Shown one piece after another: positions 18,177 through 26,069 of a stretch of DNA of 29,545 nucleotides (position 1 is its first letter; every line of letters begins with the position of its first letter). The notes beneath the pieces were generated by a model. That model saw nothing but the letters and a program-made list of their open reading frames with translations, was not told the DNA's origin and did no database searches. Where the stretch lies: the NCBI GenBank assembly GCA_016199025.1, contig JACQHM010000273.1, positions 1-29,545 on the forward strand. Reading direction: 5' to 3'. This stretch comes from Candidatus Methylomirabilota bacterium (GTDB taxonomy: Bacteria > Methylomirabilota > Methylomirabilia > Methylomirabilales > JACQHM01). A program made the translations under genes and the position numbers.

Positions 18177-18919
18177 TCCCCCTCACCCAGGTAGACCTTC
18201 CGGACTTCTGGATGCCCTTTGATCACCTGAGGCGTCCCTTCGGCAATCAGCCGGCCCTGGTGCATCACCCGGATCGTCTCGGCCACGGAAAAGACCACGT
18301 CCATATCGTGCTCGATGAAGATGACTGTTAAGTTCTCTCGTCCCGCGATCCCTTCCACCAGCCCCATGATCTCCCGGCTCTCCTTGGGGTTCAGGCCGGC
18401 GGTCGGCTCATCCAGGAGGAGGAGCCGGGGCTTGGCGGCCAGGGCAATAGCGATATCCAGGCGCTTCTGGTCGCCGTGGGAGAGGTTCTTGCTCACGAGA
18501 GAAGCTTTTTCGGCCAGCCCCACTTCGGAGAGCACCTGTTCCGTCTCCTGCCGGGCGAGCCGATCAACATGGAGAAAGCAGTTGAAGACCTTCCCCTGGT
18601 GGGACAGGAGGGCAGCTTGCACGTTCTCAAAGAGGGTCAGGCGGGGGAAGAGATTGACCACCTGAAAGGCCCGGCAAATCCCTCGCTTGAAGAGGCGCGG
18701 GGCCGGGAGGTTGGTGATCTCCTCCCCGTCGAAGACAATCCTCCCGTGGTCACATGGGAAGGCACCGCTGATCAGGTTAAAAAAGGTGGTCTTCCCTGCC
18801 CCGTTGGGGCCGATGATGGCGGTGATCTCTCCCTGCCGGACGTCTAAGTCAACGCCATCCACGGCCCGGAGTCCTCCGAAGGATTTCGCGAGTCCCCGGA
18901 CTGAAAGCAACGCCTTCAT
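18173..18919 (-). CDS. Liv-type ABC ATP-binding protein (LivG family)
   Basis: GPNGAGKT, LSHGDQKR, LLLDEPTAG, IEHDM, VRKVYLG. Confidence 0.92.
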   Translation of the reverse strand: MKALLSVRGLAKSFGGLRAVDGVDLDVRQGEITAIIGPNGAGKTTFFNLISGAFPCDHGRIVFDGEEITNLPAPRLFKRGICRAFQVVNLFPRLTLFENVQAALLSHQGKVFNCFLHVDRLARQETEQVLSEVGLAEKASLVSKNLSHGDQKRLDIAIALAAKPRLLLLDEPTAGLNPKESREIMGLVEGIAGRENLTVIFIEHDMDVVFSVAETIRVMHQGRLIAEGTPQVIKGHPEVRKVYLGEGE

Positions 18920-19902
18920 CCTACTACCAGTCCACCCCCACCCGTCCCCTCCCCCTTCAAAGGGGAGGGTGAGGGAGGAGGTGCAAGCCGGTGCTTAAGC
19001 CGTTCTTGGAGCGAGCCGACGATCCCCTGGGGGAAGAAGAGGACACACAGAAGAAGGATGGTGCCAAGGATCAGCAGCCAGTAAATCGTGTAGGTCGCGA
19101 TCCAGTACTGGAGGACAGTCACGATGAATGCCCCCACGACCGGTCCCAGGAACGTGAAGATGCCACCCAGGAGGCTCATCACGAGCACCTGGGCAGTCTG
19201 AGCCCAGTACATGTCGTCGGGAAAGACCTGGCGGTTCAGGAGGGCGAAGAGGAGCCCGGCGATGCCGGCAAAGCCGCCGGCGATGGTGAACACGATCAAG
19301 CGCAAGCGACGGACAGGGATACCGATAAACTCGGCCCGCTCCCGATTTTCCCGCATGATCCGGAGGGCCTGTCCGAAGGGCGAATGGGCGAGCCTCCAGA
19401 GGGCGATCCCGCAAGTCACGACGACGAAGATGACAAAGACCGCATAGTTCCCGGGAGGGATGAGGAGGGGTGGGGCCGGGAGGCCGACGATCCCGTTATC
19501 CCCCCCGGTGAAGCTGTACCACTGAAAGGTCACGGTATAGATGACCTGGCCGAAGGCCAGGGTCAGCATGGAAAAGAGGATCCCATGGAGGCGGACGCAG
19601 AAGTAGCCGACCAGGAGGGCGATAAGCGCGGTCGCGATGGGGGCGAGGACGATGTTGACGAGGGCCGGAGTGCCGACCTTGGTCGCCAGGAGAGCATACG
19701 TGTAGCCCCCGACACCGAAAAAGGCGGCGTGGCCGAAGGAGACCAGCCCGGTCTCCCCCAGGAGGAGGTTGTAGCTTAAGGCGAAGAGGGCCATGATCAG
19801 CACCGTCATCCCCAGGTGGCGGTAGAAGTCGCCGAGGAGAAGAGAAAGGGTGAAAAGGACGGCAACGGCCACCAGCCAGTGCCAGGCCCCTGAACGCCAC
19901 AT
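18916..19902 (-). CDS. Liv-type ABC permease (LivM family)
   Basis: SYNLLLGETGLVSFGHAAFFG, FSMLTLAFGQ, TGGDNGI, SPFGQAL, LLGGIFTFLGP. Confidence 0.9.
   Translation of the reverse strand: MWRSGAWHWLVAVAVLFTLSLLLGDFYRHLGMTVLIMALFALSYNLLLGETGLVSFGHAAFFGVGGYTYALLATKVGTPALVNIVLAPIATALIALLVGYFCVRLHGILFSMLTLAFGQVIYTVTFQWYSFTGGDNGIVGLPAPPLLIPPGNYAVFVIFVVVTCGIALWRLAHSPFGQALRIMRENRERAEFIGIPVRRLRLIVFTIAGGFAGIAGLLFALLNRQVFPDDMYWAQTAQVLVMSLLGGIFTFLGPVVGAFIVTVLQYWIATYTIYWLLILGTILLLCVLFFPQGIVGSLQERLKHRLAPPPSPSPLKGEGTGGGGLVVG
18934..18983. repeat. CCCTCCCCC hairpin repeat, copy 2, inside the LivM 3' end
   Basis: 45/50 identical to 15651-15700; translated as PPPSPSPLKGEGTGGG. Confidence 0.85.
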
Positions 19903-19906
19903 ATTG

Positions 19907-20830
19907 CTACCTCGCGAGGAGAGCCCTGGGGTTCCCCAGGAGCCCCCAGGGGCGAAGGATCAGCACCAAGGCCATGATGGCAAAGATGGAGATCAGCGCC
20001 ATCCGGGGCACGATGAGAATCCCGAATGCCTGGATTACTCCCACGATGAGCGCTCCCAAGAGCGCCCCCCAGAAGCTTCCCAGTCCTCCGATGACCACCA
20101 CCACGAAGGACTCGACGATGATCGAGAGATCCATCGTGGGGGTGATGGCCCCGATAGGAGCCGTCAGGACACCAGCCAGACCGGCCAGCCAAGCCCCCAG
20201 CATGAAGACCAGGGTAAAGATCCGCGGCACGTTGATCCCCAGGGCATTGGCCATCTCCCGGTCTAGGGCTGTGGCCCGCACCACCTTGCCGAAGGCCGTG
20301 TGATAGAGGAGGAACCAGAGCCCAAAGGCCAGAAATGGTCCCAGGATCAAGATGAGGAGGTTATACGAGGGGTAGATGGTCCCGAGGAGGGTCACGGCTC
20401 CTGCCAGGACGGTCGGCTTGGGGACTCCCCGGGTCTCGGGCCCCCAGATCAGCCGAACGAGGTCGGCCACCATAAGAACCACCGCGTACGTTAAGAGGAT
20501 CTGCATCACCCCTTCGGCCTCATAGATTCGACGGAGGAGGAGCCGCTCGATCAGCCCTCCCACCAGGGCGATCGCCAGCGGGACCACGGCCACGGCCAGG
20601 AGGAAGCTGGACGGCGCCCCTCCCAGAAGCGTCCCCATGGTGAAGCTCCCATAGGCCCCCAGCATGTACAGAGAACCGTGGGCGAAGTTCGCGACCCCCA
20701 TCACCCCCAGGATCAGCGTCAGACCGGAGGAGACCAGGAAGAGAAGCATGCTCCGGGTCAGACCGTTTAGCAGTTGGGCGAAGAGGAATTGGGGGCCCGG
20801 AACCCAGGTGAAAAGACTCGTGAAATCCAT
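19907..20830 (-). CDS. Liv-type ABC permease (LivH family)
   Basis: GLTLILGVMGVANFAHGSLYMLG, FGKVVRATALD, VVVIGGLGS, RPWGLLG. Confidence 0.92.
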   Translation of the reverse strand: MDFTSLFTWVPGPQFLFAQLLNGLTRSMLLFLVSSGLTLILGVMGVANFAHGSLYMLGAYGSFTMGTLLGGAPSSFLLAVAVVPLAIALVGGLIERLLLRRIYEAEGVMQILLTYAVVLMVADLVRLIWGPETRGVPKPTVLAGAVTLLGTIYPSYNLLILILGPFLAFGLWFLLYHTAFGKVVRATALDREMANALGINVPRIFTLVFMLGAWLAGLAGVLTAPIGAITPTMDLSIIVESFVVVVIGGLGSFWGALLGALIVGVIQAFGILIVPRMALISIFAIMALVLILRPWGLLGNPRALLAR

Positions 20831-20842
20831 GGAGGCAGTCCC

Positions 20843-22066
20843 CTACTTCCCTTCCCGGAGCTTCTTGACCTCGTCCAGGGGTCGGAGAATCTTCTCACCC
20901 CCCACGTACTCCACGACCTTGGGGATCAAGAATTGGGGATAGTTGGGGTCCTTCACCGTCTTCACAATGTAAAGCCCCATATCCCCTTGGTGGTCAAAGG
21001 CCCGGATGGTGACCGGCCCGGCGGGGAGCTTGACGGTGAGGCCTTCCAAGGCGTTGATCACCTTCTCCTGGTCAAGACTCTTCGCCTTCCGGATCCCGGC
21101 GGCCAGGATCTGAAAGGCGGCATAGCCCAAATAGTTGTAATCGGTGGGGACGCGCCCGTAACGGGCCTGGAATCGCTCGACGAAGGCTTTGTTTTCAGGC
21201 GTCTCGACGGTGAAGACATAGTTCGTCCCCGCCCACACGTTTTCGGGCATGGCATTCCCGACGGGCATCAAAAGGCTCATCCCCCCCTGCAGGAAGATCA
21301 CCTGCATCTTGTCAAAGAGGCCGTAGGGCTTCGCCTGCTTGATGAAGGTCATAGCATCGCCTCCCCAGAGCCCCACATAGAGCACCTCAGGCGCCGCATT
21401 CAGAAGGGCCGTGATATACGAGGAGAGATCGATCTCCCCGATCTTTGGCCAGGCCTGGTGCACGATCTGGAACCCCGGCTTCAGGTGCTTCATGTGCATC
21501 TCGAAGTTCTCGACGACGGAGTGGCCATACTCATAGTCCGGGGAGATGGTGGCATACTTGGTCCACGGTTGCTTTGCGAAGAAGGTCGCCATGGCCAGGC
21601 CGTCCATGTACGTGTTGGAGAGGCTCCGGACCAAGTAGCGATGGCCCTGTTCGTCCGTCGCCTTCTGGGTCCTGGCGTCCCAGGCGAAGAGAAGCCTCTT
21701 ATGCTCTTTCGCCCACTGGGAGGTGGCCAGCAGCACAGCACTCGAGATGATCCCCACCACGAAGTCTACCTTCTCCCGGTCGTAGAGGTCGATCATGTTC
21801 TCCACGCCCTTCGGCGGCCGGAGCTGATTGTCCCGAAGGACCAGCTCAATCTTGCGTCCAAGAAGCCCCCCCTTGGCATTGATCTCCTCCACCGCCAGCT
21901 TCGCCCCATCCAGCTTGTCCCGGACAAACTCGGCCGCGATCCCCGAAAAGGAATCAGGGATGCCGATCCGGATCGGCTTCCTCTGCGCCAGGGCTGGTGA
22001 TGGGAGGGAGCCCAGGAACGCTGCAATCATGAACCATGTCAACAATCGTTTTCCCGTAAAGGCCAT
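20843..22066 (-). CDS. Liv-type ABC transporter substrate-binding protein
   Basis: Signal peptide ending ALA; EEINAKGGLLGRKIELVLRDNQ, PDYEYG, GPVTIRAFDHQ; SD AAGGAGG. Confidence 0.88.
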   Translation of the reverse strand: MAFTGKRLLTWFMIAAFLGSLPSPALAQRKPIRIGIPDSFSGIAAEFVRDKLDGAKLAVEEINAKGGLLGRKIELVLRDNQLRPPKGVENMIDLYDREKVDFVVGIISSAVLLATSQWAKEHKRLLFAWDARTQKATDEQGHRYLVRSLSNTYMDGLAMATFFAKQPWTKYATISPDYEYGHSVVENFEMHMKHLKPGFQIVHQAWPKIGEIDLSSYITALLNAAPEVLYVGLWGGDAMTFIKQAKPYGLFDKMQVIFLQGGMSLLMPVGNAMPENVWAGTNYVFTVETPENKAFVERFQARYGRVPTDYNYLGYAAFQILAAGIRKAKSLDQEKVINALEGLTVKLPAGPVTIRAFDHQGDMGLYIVKTVKDPNYPQFLIPKVVEYVGGEKILRPLDEVKKLREGK

Positions 22067-22098
22067 ATCTGATCCTCCTTTCCTTTAAAGGTCGTGAA

Positions 22099-22368
22099 TT
22101 AGGCAACCTGTTCGATACGTGGATTCACCAGACGGGAGATCGGAGAGGCCACCTTCTCGATCCGCACATAAACCACTGGTTGCCCGGGCTCCCGTTGGGC
22201 CTTCGCCAACTCCAGGTTTCGCTTGCATAGCTCTGGATCGTCCTCGGGCAGCAAAACCACCTGGGCGTTAAGCGGGATCTGTCCGGCAAACTCCGGATGC
22301 TCTAACACATAGCGATCGAACTCCGTGGTCAAGATCAGATTTTTGGCTACCAACTCCTGTTCAGTCAT
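22099..22368 (-). CDS. DUF5647-like small protein, putative antitoxin-type partner
   Basis: MTEQELVAKNLILTTEFDRYVLEHPEF...VLLPEDDPEL resembles DUF5647 from memory. Start reset to 22368 for the ATGA overlap with the upstream gene. Confidence 0.65.
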   Translation of the reverse strand: MTEQELVAKNLILTTEFDRYVLEHPEFAGQIPLNAQVVLLPEDDPELCKRNLELAKAQREPGQPVVYVRIEKVASPISRLVNPRIEQVA

Positions 22369-22682
22369 CGTCGTCGGACCTCCTCCAAGAAGTGTTCCCG
22401 ATACCGTTGCCAATGCTTTCGCAGATCATCCTCAGCATAAGTGAGGGCCAGATTATAATCCGCAGTCGGTAAGCTCGATTTCTCTGCCAATCCTTGCCAG
22501 TGCAACACGTCTTTGTGGGCAAACCCATGAGCGGTATCGTAACGGACAACAGGATACCACTCACCCTCGATCTGCAGCTCATACTGGACCATGAGTTCAA
22601 CAACCCTACCCTTCACCCGCACGTGCCGAATTCTCCGCCGCCCATCGAGGCCTAATGGGGCGACGTACTCAACGACCCGCAT
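22365..22682 (-). CDS. DUF7718-like small protein (RYDTAHGFAH motif), putative toxin-type partner
   Basis: VQYE---GEWYPVVRYDTAHGFAHKD; coupled to the downstream gene by ATGA. Start may be 22682 or 22691. Confidence 0.65.
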   Translation of the reverse strand: MRVVEYVAPLGLDGRRRIRHVRVKGRVVELMVQYELQIEGEWYPVVRYDTAHGFAHKDVLHWQGLAEKSSLPTADYNLALTYAEDDLRKHWQRYREHFLEEVRRR

Positions 22683-22784
22683 CCTCACCAACTCTCTCGC
22701 TGAAGGCTTGTCGAAATTGGGCCAACGGGGTGCATCCGGTATTTCGTAGTAGGACCTCCACCCCAGCTCTCTCCCACCCCATTC

Positions 22785-23194
22785 TCATGCCAGTTCTTCC
22801 AGGAGTGTCTTGGCCTCCTGCAAGTCTGCCGTGTCAAATCCTTCGGTGAACCAGCCGTAGATTTCCTCAAGCATCTGTCGGGCTTCTTCAGGCTTGCCCT
22901 GTTTCTGTAACAGCCGACTCAAGCTCATCACCGCCCGGAGTTCCAGCGATTTCGCCTGCTGGCGGCGGGCAATGTCAATCGCTTGGCGAAAACAGGTCTC
23001 GGCCTCCGCTTCAATTTTTGCTCCTTCGACTTCGCTCAGGACAGGCTTTTGCCTTTTGCTTTAGCAGCTCCCCCTCCGCCTGCCCCTGCGCGCTCTAGTG
23101 ATTTGCCCACGTATACCGGCCATATCCGTCTCCTCCCTTTTGTGTGTTCGTTTTCCCCCTCCGGGTTTTCAAAGCCACAGTTTAAGCACCGCAT
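22785..23194 (-). pseudogene. Internally deleted Zn-ribbon/cyclase/AAA-ATPase/TPR-type gene (both termini retained)
   Basis: ATG at 23194 gives MRCLNCGFENPEG. In another frame, 23010-22785 gives EAEAETCFRQAIDIARRQQAKSLELRAVMSLSRLLQKQGKPEEARQMLEEIYGWFTEGFDTADLQEAKTLLEELA*. The two parts are separated by stops and frameshifts. Confidence 0.8.
23023..23060. repeat. CCTTCGACTTCGCTCAGGACAGGC element abutting TTTTGCC heptamers
   Basis: Reads VLSEVEG or FDFAQDR in translation; followed by ttttgcc ttttgct (23047-23060). Resembles a recurrent interspersed bacterial repeat, from memory. Confidence 0.5.
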
Positions 23195-23214
23195 ATCCGC
23201 TACCTTCGAGGACC

Positions 23215-23278
23215 ACCCCCACCCGTCCCCTCCCCCATCAAGGGGGGGTAGAACAAAGAGAGGGAAGGGATGAGGGTG
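23215..23278. repeat. CCCTCCCCC hairpin repeat, copy 3 (degenerate)
   Basis: acccccacccgtcccctccccc shared with 18934 onward, then atcaaggggggg and a GAGAGGGAAGGGATGAGGGTG right half. Confidence 0.75.
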
Positions 23279-23284
23279 AAACGC

Positions 23285-23312
23285 GCTGACGGCTGATGGC
23301 TGAAAGCTGATG
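23285..23312. repeat. 7-bp array (GCTGACG family)
   Basis: gctgacg gctgatg gctgaaa gctgatg. Confidence 0.8.
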
Positions 23313-23407
23313 CTTACAGTCGAGGCACATCATAGCCTAAGAGCCCCAGATGATCAAGGGATTCTCGTGGACAGTCCCGTCCCCTTTCCAGCCTTCTGGA
23401 AAAGGAG

Positions 23408-23454
23408 AAAATCCCCCCGTTCCCCCCTTTCTCAAAGGGGGGGTGGGGGGATTT
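23408..23454. repeat. Poly-C/poly-G hairpin
   Basis: AAATCCCCCC-gtt-CCCCCCTTT-ctc-AAAGGGGGG-gt-GGGGGGATTT. Confidence 0.75.
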
Positions 23455-23537
23455 GTGTTGAGCCCCGGCACCTCTTGAAGGCCCCAAGAGTGGAGCACCA
23501 GGCTTATGTTAACTTGTCTGCTCTCGTGGGGTTCTTC

Positions 23538-23566
23538 TTGACTTACAGGCTCTTTGCTTCTAGACT
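23538..23566 (+). promoter_or_regulatory. Sigma70-type promoter for fadN-fadA
   Basis: TTGACT (23538-43), 17-nt spacer, TAGACT (23561-66); SD GGAGG and ATG at 23595 follow. Confidence 0.7.
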
Positions 23567-23594
23567 TCGCTCAAAAACAGCGGAGGAAGAAGCC

Positions 23595-26000
23595 ATGAAC
23601 CGGATCAGGAAGGCGGCTGTCCTGGGGGCAGGGACGATGGGGGCGGCCATCGCCGCCCATCTCGCCGGTTGCAGGATCCCTACCCTCCTCTTGGACGTCG
23701 TCCCGACGGAGCTAACCGACGAGGAGAAGAAGAAGCGCCTCACCCTGGCCGCCCGAGAGGTCAGGGACCGGATCACCCGCCGGGGGCTCGAGCGGGTGTG
23801 CCAGGCGACCCCTCCTGCCCTTTTCCTCTCCAAGGACGTCGAGCTGATGACGACTGGGAATATCGAGGACGATCTCTCGCGACTGGCCGAGGCGGACTGG
23901 ATCGTCGAGGCGGTGGTTGAGGATCTCCAGGTCAAGCGGGAGCTCCTCCAGAAGGTGGAACGGCACGTCCGGCCGGGGACGATTGTCAGCACCAACACCT
24001 CGGGCCTCTCCATCAACCGGATGACTGAGGGCCTCTCCGATGTGTTTCGACGTCACTTCCTCGGCACCCACTTCTTCAATCCCCCCCGCTCTATGGCCCT
24101 CCTCGAGCTGATCCCGGGCAGGGACACGTTGCCGGAGGTCGTGACTTCCTTCGCCAACTTCGCTGAACGGATCCTGGGGAAACGGGTCGTCCTCTGCAAG
24201 GATACCCCCTGCTTCATCGCTAACCGGATCGGGGCCTTCTCGAAGTGCCTGATCCTGAAGCTCATGGTCGAGGATGGCTATACCATCGAAGAGGTGGATA
24301 CCCTCACAGGGCCTATCCTCGGGAGGCCCAGGACGGCCACCTTCCGGACGGCCGATCTGGTTGGGCTGGACGTGTCTGTCTCTGTCGTTGATCATCTGTA
24401 TGAGAGTCTTGAAGGTGATGAACGACGGGATCGCTTCCGCATCCCCCCGTTTGTCCGCGAGATGGTCGAGAGAGGCTGGCTGGGGAACAAAGCGGGACAG
24501 GGCTTTTACAAACGGATGAAGGGGCCCGGGAAGGATGACTTCTACGTCCTGGACTATCGGACGATGGAGTACCGGCCTCAGGAACAGGTTTCCTTTCCTG
24601 CCCTGGAGGCAGTCCAGGGAATCGAGGATGCCGGGGCACGGATAAAACGGTTGGCCGAAGCCGACGATCGAGCCGGACGGTTCGTCTGGAAGCTCTTGAG
24701 TGAGATCGCGACCTATGCGGCGAACCGGATCCCCGAGATCGCCGACGATCTTGTGAGCGTGGACCGGGCCATGCGATGGGGCTACCACTGGGAGCTGGGC
24801 CCCTTCGAGACGTGGGACGCCCTTGGGGTCGAAGAGGGCCTGAGACGGATGGAGGGCGAGGGACGGGCGATCCCGCCCCTCATCCAGACCCTTCGAGAGG
24901 CCGGCGCCCGTTCGTTCTACCAGAAACGGGATGGCCGACTCTTTGCGTTCCAAGCGAAGGCAAAATCCTACCAGGAGGTCGAGGAGCGGCCCGAGGTCAT
25001 CCCCTTGAAATTCCTCAAGGAGGCGGGAAAGGTCGTGGCCTCCAATCCCTCGGCCAGCCTGATCGATCTAGGCGACGGGATCGCCTGCCTGGAGCTTCAC
25101 TCCAAGCTGAATACGATCGGCCCCGAGACGATCCAGATGCTAAAGAAGAGCCTCTCGATTGTCGAGGAGCAGTTCGAGGGGCTTGTCATCGGAAACCAGG
25201 GAAGGGACTTCTCGGTGGGGGCGAACCTGGCCTTCCTCCTGTTCTCGATCCAGAACGAAGAGTGGGACGAGATCGAGCGGGCGGTGAAAGTCTTTCAGGA
25301 TGCCCTCATGGCCGTGAAGACCTTCCACAAGCCGGTGGTCGCCGCCCCCTTTGGGAGGACCCTTGCTGGAGGATGCGAGATCTGCTTAGCTTCGCCAACA
25401 GTTCAGGCCGCCGCCGAGACCTCCATGGGCCTGGTTGAGGTGGGCGTCGGGTTGATCCCGGCGGGGGGAGGGACGAAGGAGATGCTCCTCCGAGCCTTGG
25501 AGGCGATCCCCGAGGGGGTTGAAGTGGACCTCTATCCGTTCGTTCGTTTTGTGCTGGAGACGATCGCCCAGGCCAAGGTCTCGACCAGCGCCATGGAGGC
25601 CAGAAGGCTCAGGTTTCTCCGACCATCGGACCACATCACGATCAATAAGGATTTTCTCCTCTTTGATGCCAAGATGACGACCCTGGCCCAGGTCCGGGAA
25701 GGCTTCCGTCCCCTCCACCCGAGGCGGGATATCAAGGTCCTTGGTGAACGGGGTCGGGCGGCCGTCGAGGCAGAGCTTCACAACATGCGGGTGGCCGAAT
25801 TCATCAGCGACTACGATGTCCACCTCTTGAAGAAGCTGGCCTACGTGCTCTCCGGAGGGGAGGCCCCGTCGGGGGCCCTTGTCTCGGAGCAGTATCTTCT
25901 CGATCTGGAACGGGAGGCTTTTTTGAGCCTCTGTGGGGAGCCAAAGACCCAAGAGCGGATCCGATATAGGCTGGCCGAAGGCAAACCCTTAAGAAACTAG
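23595..26000 (+). CDS. fadN: 3-hydroxyacyl-CoA dehydrogenase/enoyl-CoA hydratase, FadN (YusL) type
   Basis: VLGAGTMGAAIA, EAVVEDL, STNTSGL, HFFNPP, FIANRIG, then crotonase-like GGGCE and MGLVEVGVGLIPAGGG, ending GKPLRN. Start reset from 23310 to 23595. Confidence 0.9.
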   Translation: MNRIRKAAVLGAGTMGAAIAAHLAGCRIPTLLLDVVPTELTDEEKKKRLTLAAREVRDRITRRGLERVCQATPPALFLSKDVELMTTGNIEDDLSRLAEADWIVEAVVEDLQVKRELLQKVERHVRPGTIVSTNTSGLSINRMTEGLSDVFRRHFLGTHFFNPPRSMALLELIPGRDTLPEVVTSFANFAERILGKRVVLCKDTPCFIANRIGAFSKCLILKLMVEDGYTIEEVDTLTGPILGRPRTATFRTADLVGLDVSVSVVDHLYESLEGDERRDRFRIPPFVREMVERGWLGNKAGQGFYKRMKGPGKDDFYVLDYRTMEYRPQEQVSFPALEAVQGIEDAGARIKRLAEADDRAGRFVWKLLSEIATYAANRIPEIADDLVSVDRAMRWGYHWELGPFETWDALGVEEGLRRMEGEGRAIPPLIQTLREAGARSFYQKRDGRLFAFQAKAKSYQEVEERPEVIPLKFLKEAGKVVASNPSASLIDLGDGIACLELHSKLNTIGPETIQMLKKSLSIVEEQFEGLVIGNQGRDFSVGANLAFLLFSIQNEEWDEIERAVKVFQDALMAVKTFHKPVVAAPFGRTLAGGCEICLASPTVQAAAETSMGLVEVGVGLIPAGGGTKEMLLRALEAIPEGVEVDLYPFVRFVLETIAQAKVSTSAMEARRLRFLRPSDHITINKDFLLFDAKMTTLAQVREGFRPLHPRRDIKVLGERGRAAVEAELHNMRVAEFISDYDVHLLKKLAYVLSGGEAPSGALVSEQYLLDLEREAFLSLCGEPKTQERIRYRLAEGKPLRN

Positions 26001-26046
26001 GGGTTGGGGGTTGGGTGAAGAAGAAATCGAGCAAACCCTAAACCCT
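25999..26046. repeat. Short inverted 7-bp repeat between fadN and fadA
   Basis: aggggtt gggggtt ... aaaccct aaaccct. Confidence 0.5.
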
Positions 26047-26069
26047 TTTCTCCAACGGGGAGGATGGTC

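Noticed and set aside
22983-23273. 96-aa plus-strand ORF
   Set aside because: Made of repeat translations (FDFAQDR, HPHPSPPPS) antisense to the pseudogene.
23310-23594. 95-aa N-terminal extension of FadN in the ORF track
   Set aside because: It translates repeats and spans the sigma70 promoter; SD plus ATG at 23595 gives the normal MNRIRKAAVLG start.
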